From positions 215,063-279,062 of the forward strand of contig JAWLAZ010000003.1 of assembly GCA_041395205.1 (NCBI GenBank): a stretch of DNA of 64,000 bases, written 5' to 3'. Shown piece after piece: positions 17,060 to 26,917 of this stretch (positions are counted from its first letter, which is position 1; each line of letters opens with the position of its first letter). The translations under genes were made by a program, and so were the position numbers. The stretch comes from a bacterium. Lineage in GTDB: Bacteria > 4484-113 > JAFGCY01. The notes under the pieces were generated by a model that worked only from the letters and a program-made list of their open reading frames with translations, was not told the origin of the DNA and searched no databases.

Positions 17060-18712
17060 TCAGTCCGAATATGTGACTTCCTCGATCGGGGCATTGTTGA
17101 GCTGCGGCGTACGGTCCATCTTGGTGATCGTCAGGCCCTGTACGTAGGGCTGGACCAGCGTTGAGCTGTTCTTCCAGAACAGCAGCAGCCAGGGTGCTTC
17201 GCTCAGTGCGATCTCCTCAGCCTGGCGGTAGAGGTCACTGCGCTTCAGCTGGTCCGGCTCCACCTGCGCTTCCTTGACGAGACGGTCGAACTGCGGATTG
17301 CTCCAGCGCGCGATGTTGCCGGCATCCCCGAAATTCTCGGAGTGCAGCAGCTGGTACAGCCAGTTGTCAGGATCCGGGTAGTCCCCGAGCCAGGTGTTCT
17401 GGAAGAACAGTGAATTGCCGGCATAGACCTTGTCCAGGAAGGGACCCCAGTCAGTGGTCTCGATGTTGACCGTCACGCCGATGCGCGACAGGTCCTCCTG
17501 CACGGCCTCGGCCACGAGCTTGTTCGTGGGCTGCAGGTCGATGTTCAGTGTCAGCGGCGGCAGGCCCTCACCCTTGGGGTAACCGGCCTGGGCCAGCAGC
17601 TCCTCGGCCTTCTTCGGGTCGTAGGGATAACCCGTGCTGCCGTCGTAGTGATAGAACATCCCGGCGGGCACGATAGTGTTCTGCGCCGTGACCAGCCCGG
17701 ACCAGATGTTGTCAATGATGTTCTGCTTGTCAACGGCGTAGTTCAGCGCCTGGCGCAGTGCAGCGTTGCCCTTGAAGGGTGCTGCATCGCAGTTGAAGCC
17801 GTAGGCATACATGTCCATCGCAGGCTCACCGGAGATCAGGCCGCTGAGCTTCGGGTCATCCGTGACGGTCTTGATCTTGCTCGGCGGGATGTCGCAGTGC
17901 TCGAGCGTACCGTTGCGGAAGTTCTCGAAGCGGGTGTTCTCATCGTTGATGATGCGGAAGGTCAGGGTCTCGATCTCCGGCACCTGGCCGAAGTAGGTAC
18001 GGTTGGCCTTCAGCACCACGCGCTCGTCCGGCGTCCAGGACTCGAACACGAAGGGTCCCGTGCCGACGGGATTGGCACCAAAGCCCTTCTCGTCGCGCGT
18101 GACTTCACTGCCGGGCACGACGCCGAAGGTCGTCATGCACAGCACGTTCAGGAAGGGAGCATAAGGTGCGCTGAGATTGATCTGCACGGTGCGTTCGTCA
18201 AGTTCCTGCAGGCCGGCGACGCTCTCCGCCTTGCCATTCAGGTAGTCGGCGGCACCAGTGACATAGAACATCAGGTTGGCACGCTCACTGTTGGTGCCGG
18301 GGTCGACGAGCCGTGTGTAGCTGTAGATCACATCGTCGGCATTGAGGTCCTCACCGTTGTGGAACTTCACGCCGCTGCGCAGGTGGAAGGTGTAGACCAG
18401 GCCATCGTCGGAGATCTCATAGCTCTCCGCCAGATCAGGCTCAACCGAGCCATCCGTGTCAAACTTCACCAGGCGGTTGAACAGGCGCTGGGCCACACTG
18501 TCACTGACCGTATCCGTGATGTGTGCCGGGTCAAGGCTCTTCACATCCGCCGGCAGCGGGAAGTTGTAGTTGCGGGCCCGCTTCTCGCCGTCAGTGCTGC
18601 CCGTGTTCGTGTTGCCGGTGTTACCGGTATTGCCGGTCGGCGGCTTGGGACAGCCGGCCATAGCCAGCAGTGCGATCACTGATATCAGGGTGGATAGGTT
18701 GAATCTGCGCAT
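17060..18712 (-). CDS. ABC transporter substrate-binding lipoprotein, SBP family 5 (peptide/nickel)
   Basis: Lipobox LLAMAGC followed by a TGNTGN linker; family 5 SBP fold motifs; 550 aa. Confidence 0.8.
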   Translation of the reverse strand: MRRFNLSTLISVIALLAMAGCPKPPTGNTGNTGNTNTGSTDGEKRARNYNFPLPADVKSLDPAHITDTVSDSVAQRLFNRLVKFDTDGSVEPDLAESYEISDDGLVYTFHLRSGVKFHNGEDLNADDVIYSYTRLVDPGTNSERANLMFYVTGAADYLNGKAESVAGLQELDERTVQINLSAPYAPFLNVLCMTTFGVVPGSEVTRDEKGFGANPVGTGPFVFESWTPDERVVLKANRTYFGQVPEIETLTFRIINDENTRFENFRNGTLEHCDIPPSKIKTVTDDPKLSGLISGEPAMDMYAYGFNCDAAPFKGNAALRQALNYAVDKQNIIDNIWSGLVTAQNTIVPAGMFYHYDGSTGYPYDPKKAEELLAQAGYPKGEGLPPLTLNIDLQPTNKLVAEAVQEDLSRIGVTVNIETTDWGPFLDKVYAGNSLFFQNTWLGDYPDPDNWLYQLLHSENFGDAGNIARWSNPQFDRLVKEAQVEPDQLKRSDLYRQAEEIALSEAPWLLLFWKNSSTLVQPYVQGLTITKMDRTPQLNNAPIEEVTYSD

Positions 18713-18768
18713 GGACTCCCTCCGCCAGCATTTTAGCAGGCAGGCCCGTGCTGCATACCGTACGCAGG

Positions 18769-19746
18769 CTAGAGCTGTACCTGCTGGCCCTGGCCCTGTT
18801 CGAGCGCACGCAGCTGCACCTCCCAGGCCAGCACCACTTCGGTGAGCGGCATCCCGCTGCCGTTGAAGAGCGTGATCTCATCATGGTCCGTACGTCCCGG
18901 CACATCTCCGGTGATCACCTGCCCCAGCTCACCCGTCATCCGCTCCCACTGCCATTTGTCCTCGGCAACGGCGGCGAGCAGGTTCCCGGCGCAGCTGCGG
19001 CTGTGCTCGGCGTGGTCGCAGTAGACCTTGCAGCGCTGCACGGCGAAGGTGTCGAGCTCGCGCACGCCCTCCTCGATCGCCCCCAGCGAGTTGATGTGCG
19101 TCCCCGGGCGCAGCTGCGTCCCGCGCAGCAGCCAGTCCTCGGAGCTGCCGTCAATGCTGATGATGTCCGCGTCGCTGATCGCACTGGCCATGTCCGCCGT
19201 GTGTACGGTCGGCACCCCGCTCGTCTTGCCGATCCAGTCCGCCAGCAGGCCGATCTCCTCACCGCGTTCAGCGCTCACCAGCCGGCATTCGCGCAGGTTG
19301 GCCACCCGCGCCACGCTGCGGGCCAGCTGGCGGGCATTCACCTGGTCGGCGATGATCGTATGCACGGCGGCATTGGCCGGCATCAGGAATTCGCTGGCCA
19401 GTGCGGCATTGCAGGCCCGTGCCAGCTGCGAGATCAGCGAAGCTTCGACCAGTGCGGCCAGCTGCCCGTTGCTGAAATTGTGCAGCAGGATGTAGCCCTG
19501 GGTCTGCAGCCGGCCCTGCTCATTTGTGAAGGCGTAGCTGGAATGCATCCCCACCACGGGTATGCCGGAATACGTGGCGCTCAGCCCATGCAGGCGGCGG
19601 CCGTCAACGCGCTTGCCGAGCTGGCCGGCGGAGCCGATGAAGGCCTCACCGCGCGCCGCATGCACATGTGCCTGGCGCGCCAGCTCCAGTGCGTCATCAA
19701 GGTCCAGCAGGCGCCTGACGCTCTCCCTGTCAACGAGTATGCTCAT
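18769..19746 (-). CDS. ornithine cyclodeaminase / mu-crystallin family protein
   Basis: 325-aa OCD-family architecture with a Rossmann-like central region (TIIADQ) and conserved C-terminal LFNGSGMPL segment. Confidence 0.55.
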   Translation of the reverse strand: MSILVDRESVRRLLDLDDALELARQAHVHAARGEAFIGSAGQLGKRVDGRRLHGLSATYSGIPVVGMHSSYAFTNEQGRLQTQGYILLHNFSNGQLAALVEASLISQLARACNAALASEFLMPANAAVHTIIADQVNARQLARSVARVANLRECRLVSAERGEEIGLLADWIGKTSGVPTVHTADMASAISDADIISIDGSSEDWLLRGTQLRPGTHINSLGAIEEGVRELDTFAVQRCKVYCDHAEHSRSCAGNLLAAVAEDKWQWERMTGELGQVITGDVPGRTDHDEITLFNGSGMPLTEVVLAWEVQLRALEQGQGQQVQL

Positions 19747-19918
19747 GTCCGATCACAGTCTCCTGCCTGATTATATGGGATAGCCCGCCGCGCTGATACC
19801 CGGTTGCCAGCCCGCGGCAGTGCCGGAGTTATAATCAGGCGTGGCCCGAAGCGGCCCAGGCGGAAGAGCGGGATGGAGATCCCGGGGGCAGTGCGCCCCG
19901 ATTTCGGAAGAGGCATCA

Positions 19919-22900
19919 GTGACGGACTTCGTACACCTGCATAACCACAGCGAGTACTCGCTGCTGGACGGCATCGCACGCATTGACGACATCGCCGCGC
20001 GGCTCAAGCAGCTGCAGTTCGACAGCTACGCCCTGACTGACCACGGCGTGATGTACGGCGCGATGGAGTTCTACACGAAGATGCACAAGGCCGGGATCAA
20101 GCCGATCATCGGCAATGAGGTCTACGTCGCCAGCCGCCGCCTGACGGACAAGGACCCCGACCTGGACCGCGTGCGCTTCCACTTCGTGCTGCTGGCGATG
20201 AACCAGGAAGGCTACCGCAACCTGATGCATCTCACCTCCATCGCCCATACCCACGGCTACTACTACAAGCCGCGCGTGGACGTGCAGGCCATCCGGGAGC
20301 ACAATGCGGGGCTCGTGGCCCTCACCGCCTGCCCGGCCGGCGTCGTTGCCAGCCGCTTCCACCGCGAGGGTGAGGACAAGGCGGACGCCGCCCTGCAGGA
20401 GTATCTGGAGATCTTCGGCTCCGAGCGTCTGTTCCTCGAGATCCAGAACCACGGCATCGACATCGAGGAACCCTTCCGCCAGTGGGCCGCCGACAAGTCC
20501 CGGCAGTACGGCCTGCGCCTCGTGGCCACGAATGACAACCACTACGTGCACAAGAGTGACGCCCAGCCGCATGACTGCGTGCTCTGCCTGCGTGACAAGA
20601 AGCTCCTGACCGACACCAACCGCCTGAAGTACTCGGGCCCGGACTACTACATCAAGACCCGCGAGGAAATGCAGGAGCTGTTCCCGGACAACCCGGAGGC
20701 GCTTGCCAACACACGCGCGGTTGCCGACATGTGCAACCTTGATCTGGACCTCGAGCAGGTGCACTTCCCGCGCTTCACGATTCCGCTCGATGAAATTCCG
20801 CGCCTGCGCGGCTGGCTGCTGGAGCATCCGGCGGATGCAGGCACCAGCGGCGTGGAGGACCCCGTCAGCGCTGATGAGCTGGTGGAGCTGTTCAATGCCA
20901 GCGAGACCGAGGGTGAACTGGCCAGCACCGCTGACAAGCAGAAGTGCTTCGACACCCTGCTGCGCCACGATGTCTACCAGGGCATCGTCAAGCGCTACGG
21001 CGAGATCACGCCTGAGCTGCGCGAGCGCGTGGAGTATGAGCTCTCCGTTATCATCCCGAAGGGCTTCACGACCTACTTCCTGATCTGCGCCGAATTCTGC
21101 CAGTGGGCGCGCAGCCAGGGCATCCCCGTCGGTCCCGGCCGTGGTTCGGCCGCCGGCAGTGTGGTCTCCTATGCGCTGGAGATCACCGACCTTGACCCCA
21201 TCCACTTCGGCTTCTACTTCGAGCGTTTCCTCAACCCGGAACGCATCGAGCTGCCGGATGTCGACATCGACTTCTGCATGCGCCGCCGAGATGAGGTGAT
21301 CGAGCATGTCAAGCAGAAGTACGGCGCGGACCGCACGGCGCTGATCGTGACCTACTCACGCCTCAAGGCCCGGGCCGTCGTCAAGGCCGTGGCCCGCACC
21401 AAGGGCCTCGAATACCAGTTCGTGGACCGCGTTGCCAAGGAGATCCACGGCCTGGACCCGAAGCTCGAGGAAGCCGTCGCCGCCAGTGAGGAACTGCGCA
21501 AGCTGATCCGTGAGCATGACGAGATCCGCGAACTGATTGAGGATGCCAAGGCGTTGGAGGGCATCGCCGCCCACCACAGCGTGCATGCCGCGGGTGTCGT
21601 GATCGCCCCTGATGAGCTGCCGAACTTCGTGCCGGTCCAGCCCCACAAGGATAGCGACCTGCGCGTCACGCAGTACGCGATGGACACCGTGCCCTATACG
21701 GGTCTCGTCAAGTTCGACTTCCTCGGCCTGCGCAACCTGACGATGATCGAGGACACCGTGGAATTCATCCGCGGGATCGGCGGGCGCAGCGAGTTCGACC
21801 TGCGCAGCCTCGAGGACTGTGACGGCGAGACCTACGCCATGCTGCAGCGCGGCGATGGCTACGGCGTATTCCAGTTCGAGGCCCCGCAGGTTCGCAGGAT
21901 GCTGATCGACGGGCGTCCGGAGAACGTGCTGGACCTCGCCGCGATCAACGCTGCCAACCGGCCCGGTCCGATCCAGTCCGGCAATACCGCGCGCTATCTC
22001 GAAGCCCGCAAGAAGGGCACCGAGGCCGCCTCGCTCTATCCGAGCATCGCCGAAATCCTCGACAGCACCGGTGGCGTGCTGCTCTTCCAGGAGCAGGTGC
22101 TGGAAATCGCCCGCAAGCTCGGCGGCTTCACGCTCGGGGAAGCGGACGTGCTGCGCAAGGCGATGGGCAAGAAGAAGCACGACGTGATGGAGGCCCAGAA
22201 GCTGAAGTTCGTGGCCGGAGCCCGCGAGCGCGGCGTCGACCAGAAGGAGGTCGAGGCGATCTGGGACATGATGGCGCAGTTCGCCGCCTACGGCTTCAAC
22301 AAGGCGCACAGCACCTGCTACTCCTGGATCAGCTACCAGACCGCCTACCTGAAGTGCCACTACCCCTGCTTCTTCATGACGGCGATGCTCAACAACTTCA
22401 TGGGCAACAGCGCTAAGCTCGCCGAGATCCTCGGCCAGTGCCGCAAGATGCGCCTGCCCGTGCTGCCGCCCAGTGTCAACGCCGGACGCTTCGACTTCGT
22501 GCCCACCGCCGACGGCCGGATTATCTTCGGGCTGGGCGGGATCCGCGGCATCGGTGAGAAGGTCGTACTCGAGATCGTCGAGGAGCGCCGCCAGGGTGGC
22601 GAGTTCACTTCGCTGGCCGCCTTCCATGAGCGCATGAGGGGCAAGGGTGTCAACAAGAAGGTGCTGCAGGGGCTCGTCAAGGCCGGTGCCTTCGACTGCA
22701 TCGAACCTGAGCGCATCGAGCTGCTGAAGAATCTTGACGACATCGAGAGCTTCATCCGCGGGCCGGAGAAACACGCCACGATGTCGATGTTCGAGGACGC
22801 GGCACCCCCGCCTCCCCCCGCTGACAGCGAATTCGCCAGCCGCGACATCACCCCGCAGGACATGGCCTATGCGGAGAAGGATGCCATCGGCGTGTTCCTC

Positions 22901-23845
22901 ACTCACCATCCCTATGCCGACCACGTGATCTTCCGTGACATGCGCTACATGCAGATCGAGGACCTGTTCCAGAGTGTCTCGCACAATCCCGCGCGCTGGC
23001 AGGACCAGCCGCTCAAGGGCAACGGCCTGTGCGGGATCCTCACCAATCTGCAGGTACGGACCGCCAACACCAGCGGCAAGACCTATGCCAAGGGCCGCAT
23101 CGAGGATCCGCAGCTCAGCAGCGGCGTGATCATCTGGCCCAATGCCTATGCCAGGGCCCGGGAGATCATCAAGGAGAACCAGGCCGTGGTGCTGAAGGGC
23201 AAGATCCAGATCCCGGAGGTGGCCGAGGGTGGCGAGGATGCCTGGGACGGGCTGGAGATCGTCGTCGATGAGGTTGAGCTCTATGATCCCCAGGGGGCCC
23301 GGCTCGCGGATGACGACATGAGCATCTCCCTCCCGGAAGGCAGCATCATCACCATCGATGAGCAGTTCGAGGCCTACGCCGATGAGCTGGTGATGGAGGA
23401 TGACTTCGCCGAGCCGGACGACGAACCGCAGCCGCGCAGTGAGGAACTGCGCCAGCTCGTGCAGGAGCGCAGTGGGGATGACGAGGACCCGGTCTCGCAT
23501 GCCGGGCATACCCCGCCGCAGGAAAATGGCAACGGCACGCAGCTCAGCGGAACAGAACCGGTCCGGCATGCAAATGGCAATGGTGCCAACGGCAATGGCG
23601 GCAATGCGCAGGCCGCTGATCAGCCCATCGTCTGGGAGATCGATCTCGCGCGCGTGATGCGCAGTGAACTGAGCCAGCTGGCGGATCTGCTGAGCACGAC
23701 GGATGGCGATGCTGAGCTGCGCATGCATCTGAAGGAAGTCAGCGGTGAACTGCGGCGCGTCACGGTTGACCGGCGCTTCTTCATCTCACGCGAGGAAGCC
23801 GACCGCCTGCAACAGCGCTTCCCCTTCATCAATCCCCTCGGCTAG
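19919..23845 (+). CDS. dnaE: DNA polymerase III alpha subunit
   Basis: N-terminal PHP domain FVHLHNHSEYSLLDG, polymerase core and OB fold; GGAAGAGG RBS before the GTG at 19919; about 150-180 aa low-complexity C-terminal extension (NGNGANGNGGN). Confidence 0.9.
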   Translation: MTDFVHLHNHSEYSLLDGIARIDDIAARLKQLQFDSYALTDHGVMYGAMEFYTKMHKAGIKPIIGNEVYVASRRLTDKDPDLDRVRFHFVLLAMNQEGYRNLMHLTSIAHTHGYYYKPRVDVQAIREHNAGLVALTACPAGVVASRFHREGEDKADAALQEYLEIFGSERLFLEIQNHGIDIEEPFRQWAADKSRQYGLRLVATNDNHYVHKSDAQPHDCVLCLRDKKLLTDTNRLKYSGPDYYIKTREEMQELFPDNPEALANTRAVADMCNLDLDLEQVHFPRFTIPLDEIPRLRGWLLEHPADAGTSGVEDPVSADELVELFNASETEGELASTADKQKCFDTLLRHDVYQGIVKRYGEITPELRERVEYELSVIIPKGFTTYFLICAEFCQWARSQGIPVGPGRGSAAGSVVSYALEITDLDPIHFGFYFERFLNPERIELPDVDIDFCMRRRDEVIEHVKQKYGADRTALIVTYSRLKARAVVKAVARTKGLEYQFVDRVAKEIHGLDPKLEEAVAASEELRKLIREHDEIRELIEDAKALEGIAAHHSVHAAGVVIAPDELPNFVPVQPHKDSDLRVTQYAMDTVPYTGLVKFDFLGLRNLTMIEDTVEFIRGIGGRSEFDLRSLEDCDGETYAMLQRGDGYGVFQFEAPQVRRMLIDGRPENVLDLAAINAANRPGPIQSGNTARYLEARKKGTEAASLYPSIAEILDSTGGVLLFQEQVLEIARKLGGFTLGEADVLRKAMGKKKHDVMEAQKLKFVAGARERGVDQKEVEAIWDMMAQFAAYGFNKAHSTCYSWISYQTAYLKCHYPCFFMTAMLNNFMGNSAKLAEILGQCRKMRLPVLPPSVNAGRFDFVPTADGRIIFGLGGIRGIGEKVVLEIVEERRQGGEFTSLAAFHERMRGKGVNKKVLQGLVKAGAFDCIEPERIELLKNLDDIESFIRGPEKHATMSMFEDAAPPPPPADSEFASRDITPQDMAYAEKDAIGVFLTHHPYADHVIFRDMRYMQIEDLFQSVSHNPARWQDQPLKGNGLCGILTNLQVRTANTSGKTYAKGRIEDPQLSSGVIIWPNAYARAREIIKENQAVVLKGKIQIPEVAEGGEDAWDGLEIVVDEVELYDPQGARLADDDMSISLPEGSIITIDEQFEAYADELVMEDDFAEPDDEPQPRSEELRQLVQERSGDDEDPVSHAGHTPPQENGNGTQLSGTEPVRHANGNGANGNGGNAQAADQPIVWEIDLARVMRSELSQLADLLSTTDGDAELRMHLKEVSGELRRVTVDRRFFISREEADRLQQRFPFINPLG

Positions 23846-23855
23846 AATCTCAGCC

Positions 23856-24205
<350 letters not shown>

Positions 24206-24296
24206 GATTTCCTCTTCCCTCTCACCCTAGGGCTCGAGGGTCTCGCGCTGCGGCTGGCAAAGCCAGCCGGGTCGCGCTGTATGGAAAGGGCTCGCG

Positions 24297-24411
24297 GGTC
24301 TGCAATACAGCTCAAGGCTAAGCCTATCGCTGATTGCGCGTACCTATCTTCCGCCTCGTGCAAGCACTCGCCGGTCTGCAATACAGCTCAAGGTAAAGCC
24401 TCTCGCTGATT
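24297..24411. repeat. pair of 39-bp direct repeats (GGTCTGCAATACAGCTCAAGG[C/T]AAAGCCT[A/C]TCGCTGATT) spaced 76 bp apart
   Basis: Seen directly: copies at 24297-24335 and 24373-24411 differ at 2 positions. Confidence 0.7.
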
Positions 24412-24454
24412 ACTCAGAGGCCGGTTCCGTCTCAAAAATCAAGGGATGCCGGAG

Positions 24455-24713
24455 GTGCGACACTTGCTGTCGCACAATTCTGATTGCCTGCAATCGAATC
24501 TGAAACCGGAAAACTGAATAGCCGAGAGTCACCGCTTCCACTAAGAACTAACCACTTCTTCCACTGGCTTGTGCAACACTTGCTGTCGCACACTACTGAC
24601 CACTGACCACTGACCACTGACCACTGACCACTGACCACTGACCACTGACCACTGACCACTGACCACTGACCACTGACCACTGACCACTGTCTTGTGCGAC
24701 ACAGGTGTCGCAC
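24455..24713. repeat. three GC-rich palindromes (GTGCGACAC..GTGTCGCAC family)
   Basis: Palindromes at 24455-24475, 24571-24591 and 24694-24713 have 8-9 bp arms and 2-5 nt spacers and could form stable hairpins. Confidence 0.75.
24589..24690. repeat. (CCACTGA)x13 heptanucleotide microsatellite
   Basis: Thirteen perfect CTGACCA/CCACTGA units run from 24596 to 24686, bracketed by the second and third palindromes. Confidence 0.75.
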
Positions 24714-24718
24714 CACCG

Positions 24719-25420
24719 TCAGCCCCGTCCATCCCCCGTTTCCACCAGCTCACCGCGGTTCACGCGGCCCCGCAGCAGGCGCTTGCAGGTGATCGTGCGC
24801 GGGTCGCCCTCGCGTCCGGCGGCGATGATCGGGCTCTCGATGGTCCCTCCGGCGTGGATCGCCTCACCGGCGCTGACCTCCACCCCGGCGCGGATGTCCT
24901 CGCGTGCCAGGATGCTGCCCGCCGCCTTCAGGCAGCGTCCGCAGCCGATCCGGCCCGAGGCGAACACGGAGCCGCCCGCCTCCACGCTGTCCCCGCAGTG
25001 GATGCTGTGCCCGCATTCAATGGTCTTCTCACAGGTGAGGATGCTGGCAACGTAGATCGCGCCACCGGCATTCAGCTCCCCGGCCACGCGCAGGATCGTT
25101 CCCGCGCCGATGCGCAGGTCACCGTCGAGCCGCATGCTGCCGAGCACGCTGATCTCGCCGAGTTCGGGACTGATCTCGATGTCGCCGCGCCAGTTGTCAA
25201 GCTTGGCCCAGCCCGTGTAGTGGCTGTGGAAGTCGCGGCGGCCGAGGCGCAGCACCGGCTTCTCCGGCTGGGCGGCTGGCGCTGCCGGCTCCGCCTGCTG
25301 GGCATTTCTGTGTGCCTGCTGGAACTGGCGGATGAAGGCGCTTTCATCCGGCCTGCGGTGGTTGACGATGAGGGCGAACACCACGACCCCGATCACTAGC
25401 CCTGCCATCACAAAAAGCAT
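24719..25420 (-). CDS. membrane-anchored bactofilin-like beta-helical repeat protein
   Basis: N-terminal TM helix LFVMAGLVIGVVVFALIV; the C-terminal region has a G.(I/V).(I/V).G periodicity (GDIEISPELGEISVLGSMRLDGDLRIGAGTILRVAGELNAGGAIYVAS...) typical of bactofilin/DUF583. Confidence 0.5.
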   Translation of the reverse strand: MLFVMAGLVIGVVVFALIVNHRRPDESAFIRQFQQAHRNAQQAEPAAPAAQPEKPVLRLGRRDFHSHYTGWAKLDNWRGDIEISPELGEISVLGSMRLDGDLRIGAGTILRVAGELNAGGAIYVASILTCEKTIECGHSIHCGDSVEAGGSVFASGRIGCGRCLKAAGSILAREDIRAGVEVSAGEAIHAGGTIESPIIAAGREGDPRTITCKRLLRGRVNRGELVETGDGRG

Positions 25421-25503
25421 TAATCCGCTCCGCTGCCTTACTGCACTGAGTGTAACCCGCTGGATTCGGGAAACGGTTCATAAAACCCCGGCCAAGCCGG
25501 ATT

Positions 25504-25911
25504 TCATTCACCCATCGGCGGAGGCGGGATCGCCCGCTCATTCTGCGGAATCTCGATCCCCAGCGCCTCCCGGCATTTGTCCCGGTAGAACGCCGCGTCC
25601 TTGCGTTCATCCTGATAGACAGCCCTTTCAGACTCGCTCTTCGCCAGGAATGTTTCGAAGGCCTCGATCGCATCCTCATAGCGCTGCAGCTTGAACAGCG
25701 TCAGCGCGCGGCCATAGGCGGCCATCACGCTCTCCGGCTCAGCCACCAGCGCGGCGTCGAAGTCCGTCAGGGCATTGGCGTAGTCACCCTCGTCATAGGC
25801 GCGGAGCCCGCGCTGGTAACTGTCACGCCCCGCCGAGGGGCAACCCGTTGCCACGAGCATCAGCCCGAGGCAGAACAGTGCAAGGCAAAGCATGCCGATC
25901 CTGAATCTCAT
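25504..25911 (-). CDS. TPR-repeat lipoprotein
   Basis: Lipobox LVATGC; TPR-like YQRGLRAYDEGDYANALTDFDAALVAEPES and ALTLFKLQRYEDAIEAFETFL. Confidence 0.6.
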   Translation of the reverse strand: MRFRIGMLCLALFCLGLMLVATGCPSAGRDSYQRGLRAYDEGDYANALTDFDAALVAEPESVMAAYGRALTLFKLQRYEDAIEAFETFLAKSESERAVYQDERKDAAFYRDKCREALGIEIPQNERAIPPPPMGE

Positions 25912-26915
25912 CGGATCTCCTCCCAGTCCCGGCGCGCGCTGGCACTCAGCTCCCGCGTGATCCGGATATCTTCCTGCATCGTCCGGCGCAGCTCCTCCGC
26001 CGTGGCGAAGTCCTGCCAGTCACGGATCAGGCTGTGGAAATCCAGCCGCAGCACCTCATCATAGATGTCGCCATCGAAGTCGAGGATATGGCTCTCCACG
26101 ATCATCGCATCCTCAGGCAGACCCGCGTAGGCCTGGTCCGCCGTGCCGCTGTCCACCACGCTGCTGCGCGCCCGCGCCAGGTCCATCACCACCACCGCCG
26201 CCGGCAGGTACTTGCCCTGCACCAGCGCACTGCCTGCATAGATCCCCTCGCGTGGTGCCAGCTTGTCAGCCGGCAGCACCTGGTTGGCAGTCGGGATCTC
26301 CAGCTGCTCGCGCCCCAGCCCGCGGCCGCGCACGATCCGGCTCAGCACGAAGTAGGGATGGCCCAGCAGCTCCGCGGATTCCCGCATCCGGCCCTCTCCC
26401 ACGTACTGCCTGAGCAGGCTGCTCTTGACTGTATGCTCTCCCGGGCTGTAGGCCGGCACGATCCGGCAGTCAATCCCGACAGTGCGGCACAACTCACTCA
26501 GTCCCGCTTCGCCACTCACCAGATCGCAGCCGATGCTCGTGTCATATCCAAAGACCGCCGCGCTCAGTTCCGCGAAATGCGCGAGCCCCTTCAGGAACAG
26601 CGCAGCACTCTGGCTGCAGACCGACTCGTCATAGCGCAGCATCAGCACTGCATCCACGCCGGTGCGGCCCAGCGCATAGAGCTTCTCCTCCGGGGTCATC
26701 AGGAACTTCCAGTTTCCACCGGGATCGTGATACTGCCTTGGTGAATTGCTGAAGGTGATCAGCAGCGACTTGGCCTGCCGGACCGCCGCCTCCTCGCGCA
26801 GGGCGGCGATCAGGGTCTGGTGTCCGCGGTGCACTCCGTCGAAGAAGCCCACGCTGATTGCCAGCGGAGCGCCGGCCCACTGCCCCAGTTCGCTGTAGCT
26901 GCGCAGGACCTGCAT
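25908..26915 (-). CDS. ribF: bifunctional riboflavin kinase / FMN adenylyltransferase
   Basis: GFFDGVHRGHQTLI nucleotidyltransferase motif and C-terminal riboflavin kinase domain; overlaps the TPR gene start by 4 nt. Confidence 0.85.
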   Translation of the reverse strand: MQVLRSYSELGQWAGAPLAISVGFFDGVHRGHQTLIAALREEAAVRQAKSLLITFSNSPRQYHDPGGNWKFLMTPEEKLYALGRTGVDAVLMLRYDESVCSQSAALFLKGLAHFAELSAAVFGYDTSIGCDLVSGEAGLSELCRTVGIDCRIVPAYSPGEHTVKSSLLRQYVGEGRMRESAELLGHPYFVLSRIVRGRGLGREQLEIPTANQVLPADKLAPREGIYAGSALVQGKYLPAAVVVMDLARARSSVVDSGTADQAYAGLPEDAMIVESHILDFDGDIYDEVLRLDFHSLIRDWQDFATAEELRRTMQEDIRITRELSASARRDWEEIR

Positions 26916-26917
26916 GA

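Noticed and set aside
15875-17164. 429-aa plus-strand ORF rich in H/D/R
   Set aside because: It is antisense to the ABC permease genes.
19916-23728. Long minus-strand ORFs (463 aa and 790 aa) inside dnaE
   Set aside because: They are antisense to a clearly conserved DnaE and have Arg/Ala/Gly-rich composition typical of GC-rich non-coding frames.
24297-24713. Possible CRISPR array
   Set aside because: The direct repeats occur only twice, the palindromes are not regularly spaced with unique spacers, and there are no cas genes. This is not a CRISPR array.
24432-24753. Two minus-strand ORFs encoding WSVVSGQ repeats
   Set aside because: They are simply the translation of the (CCACTGA)n microsatellite. 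They have no start context and no coding codon bias.
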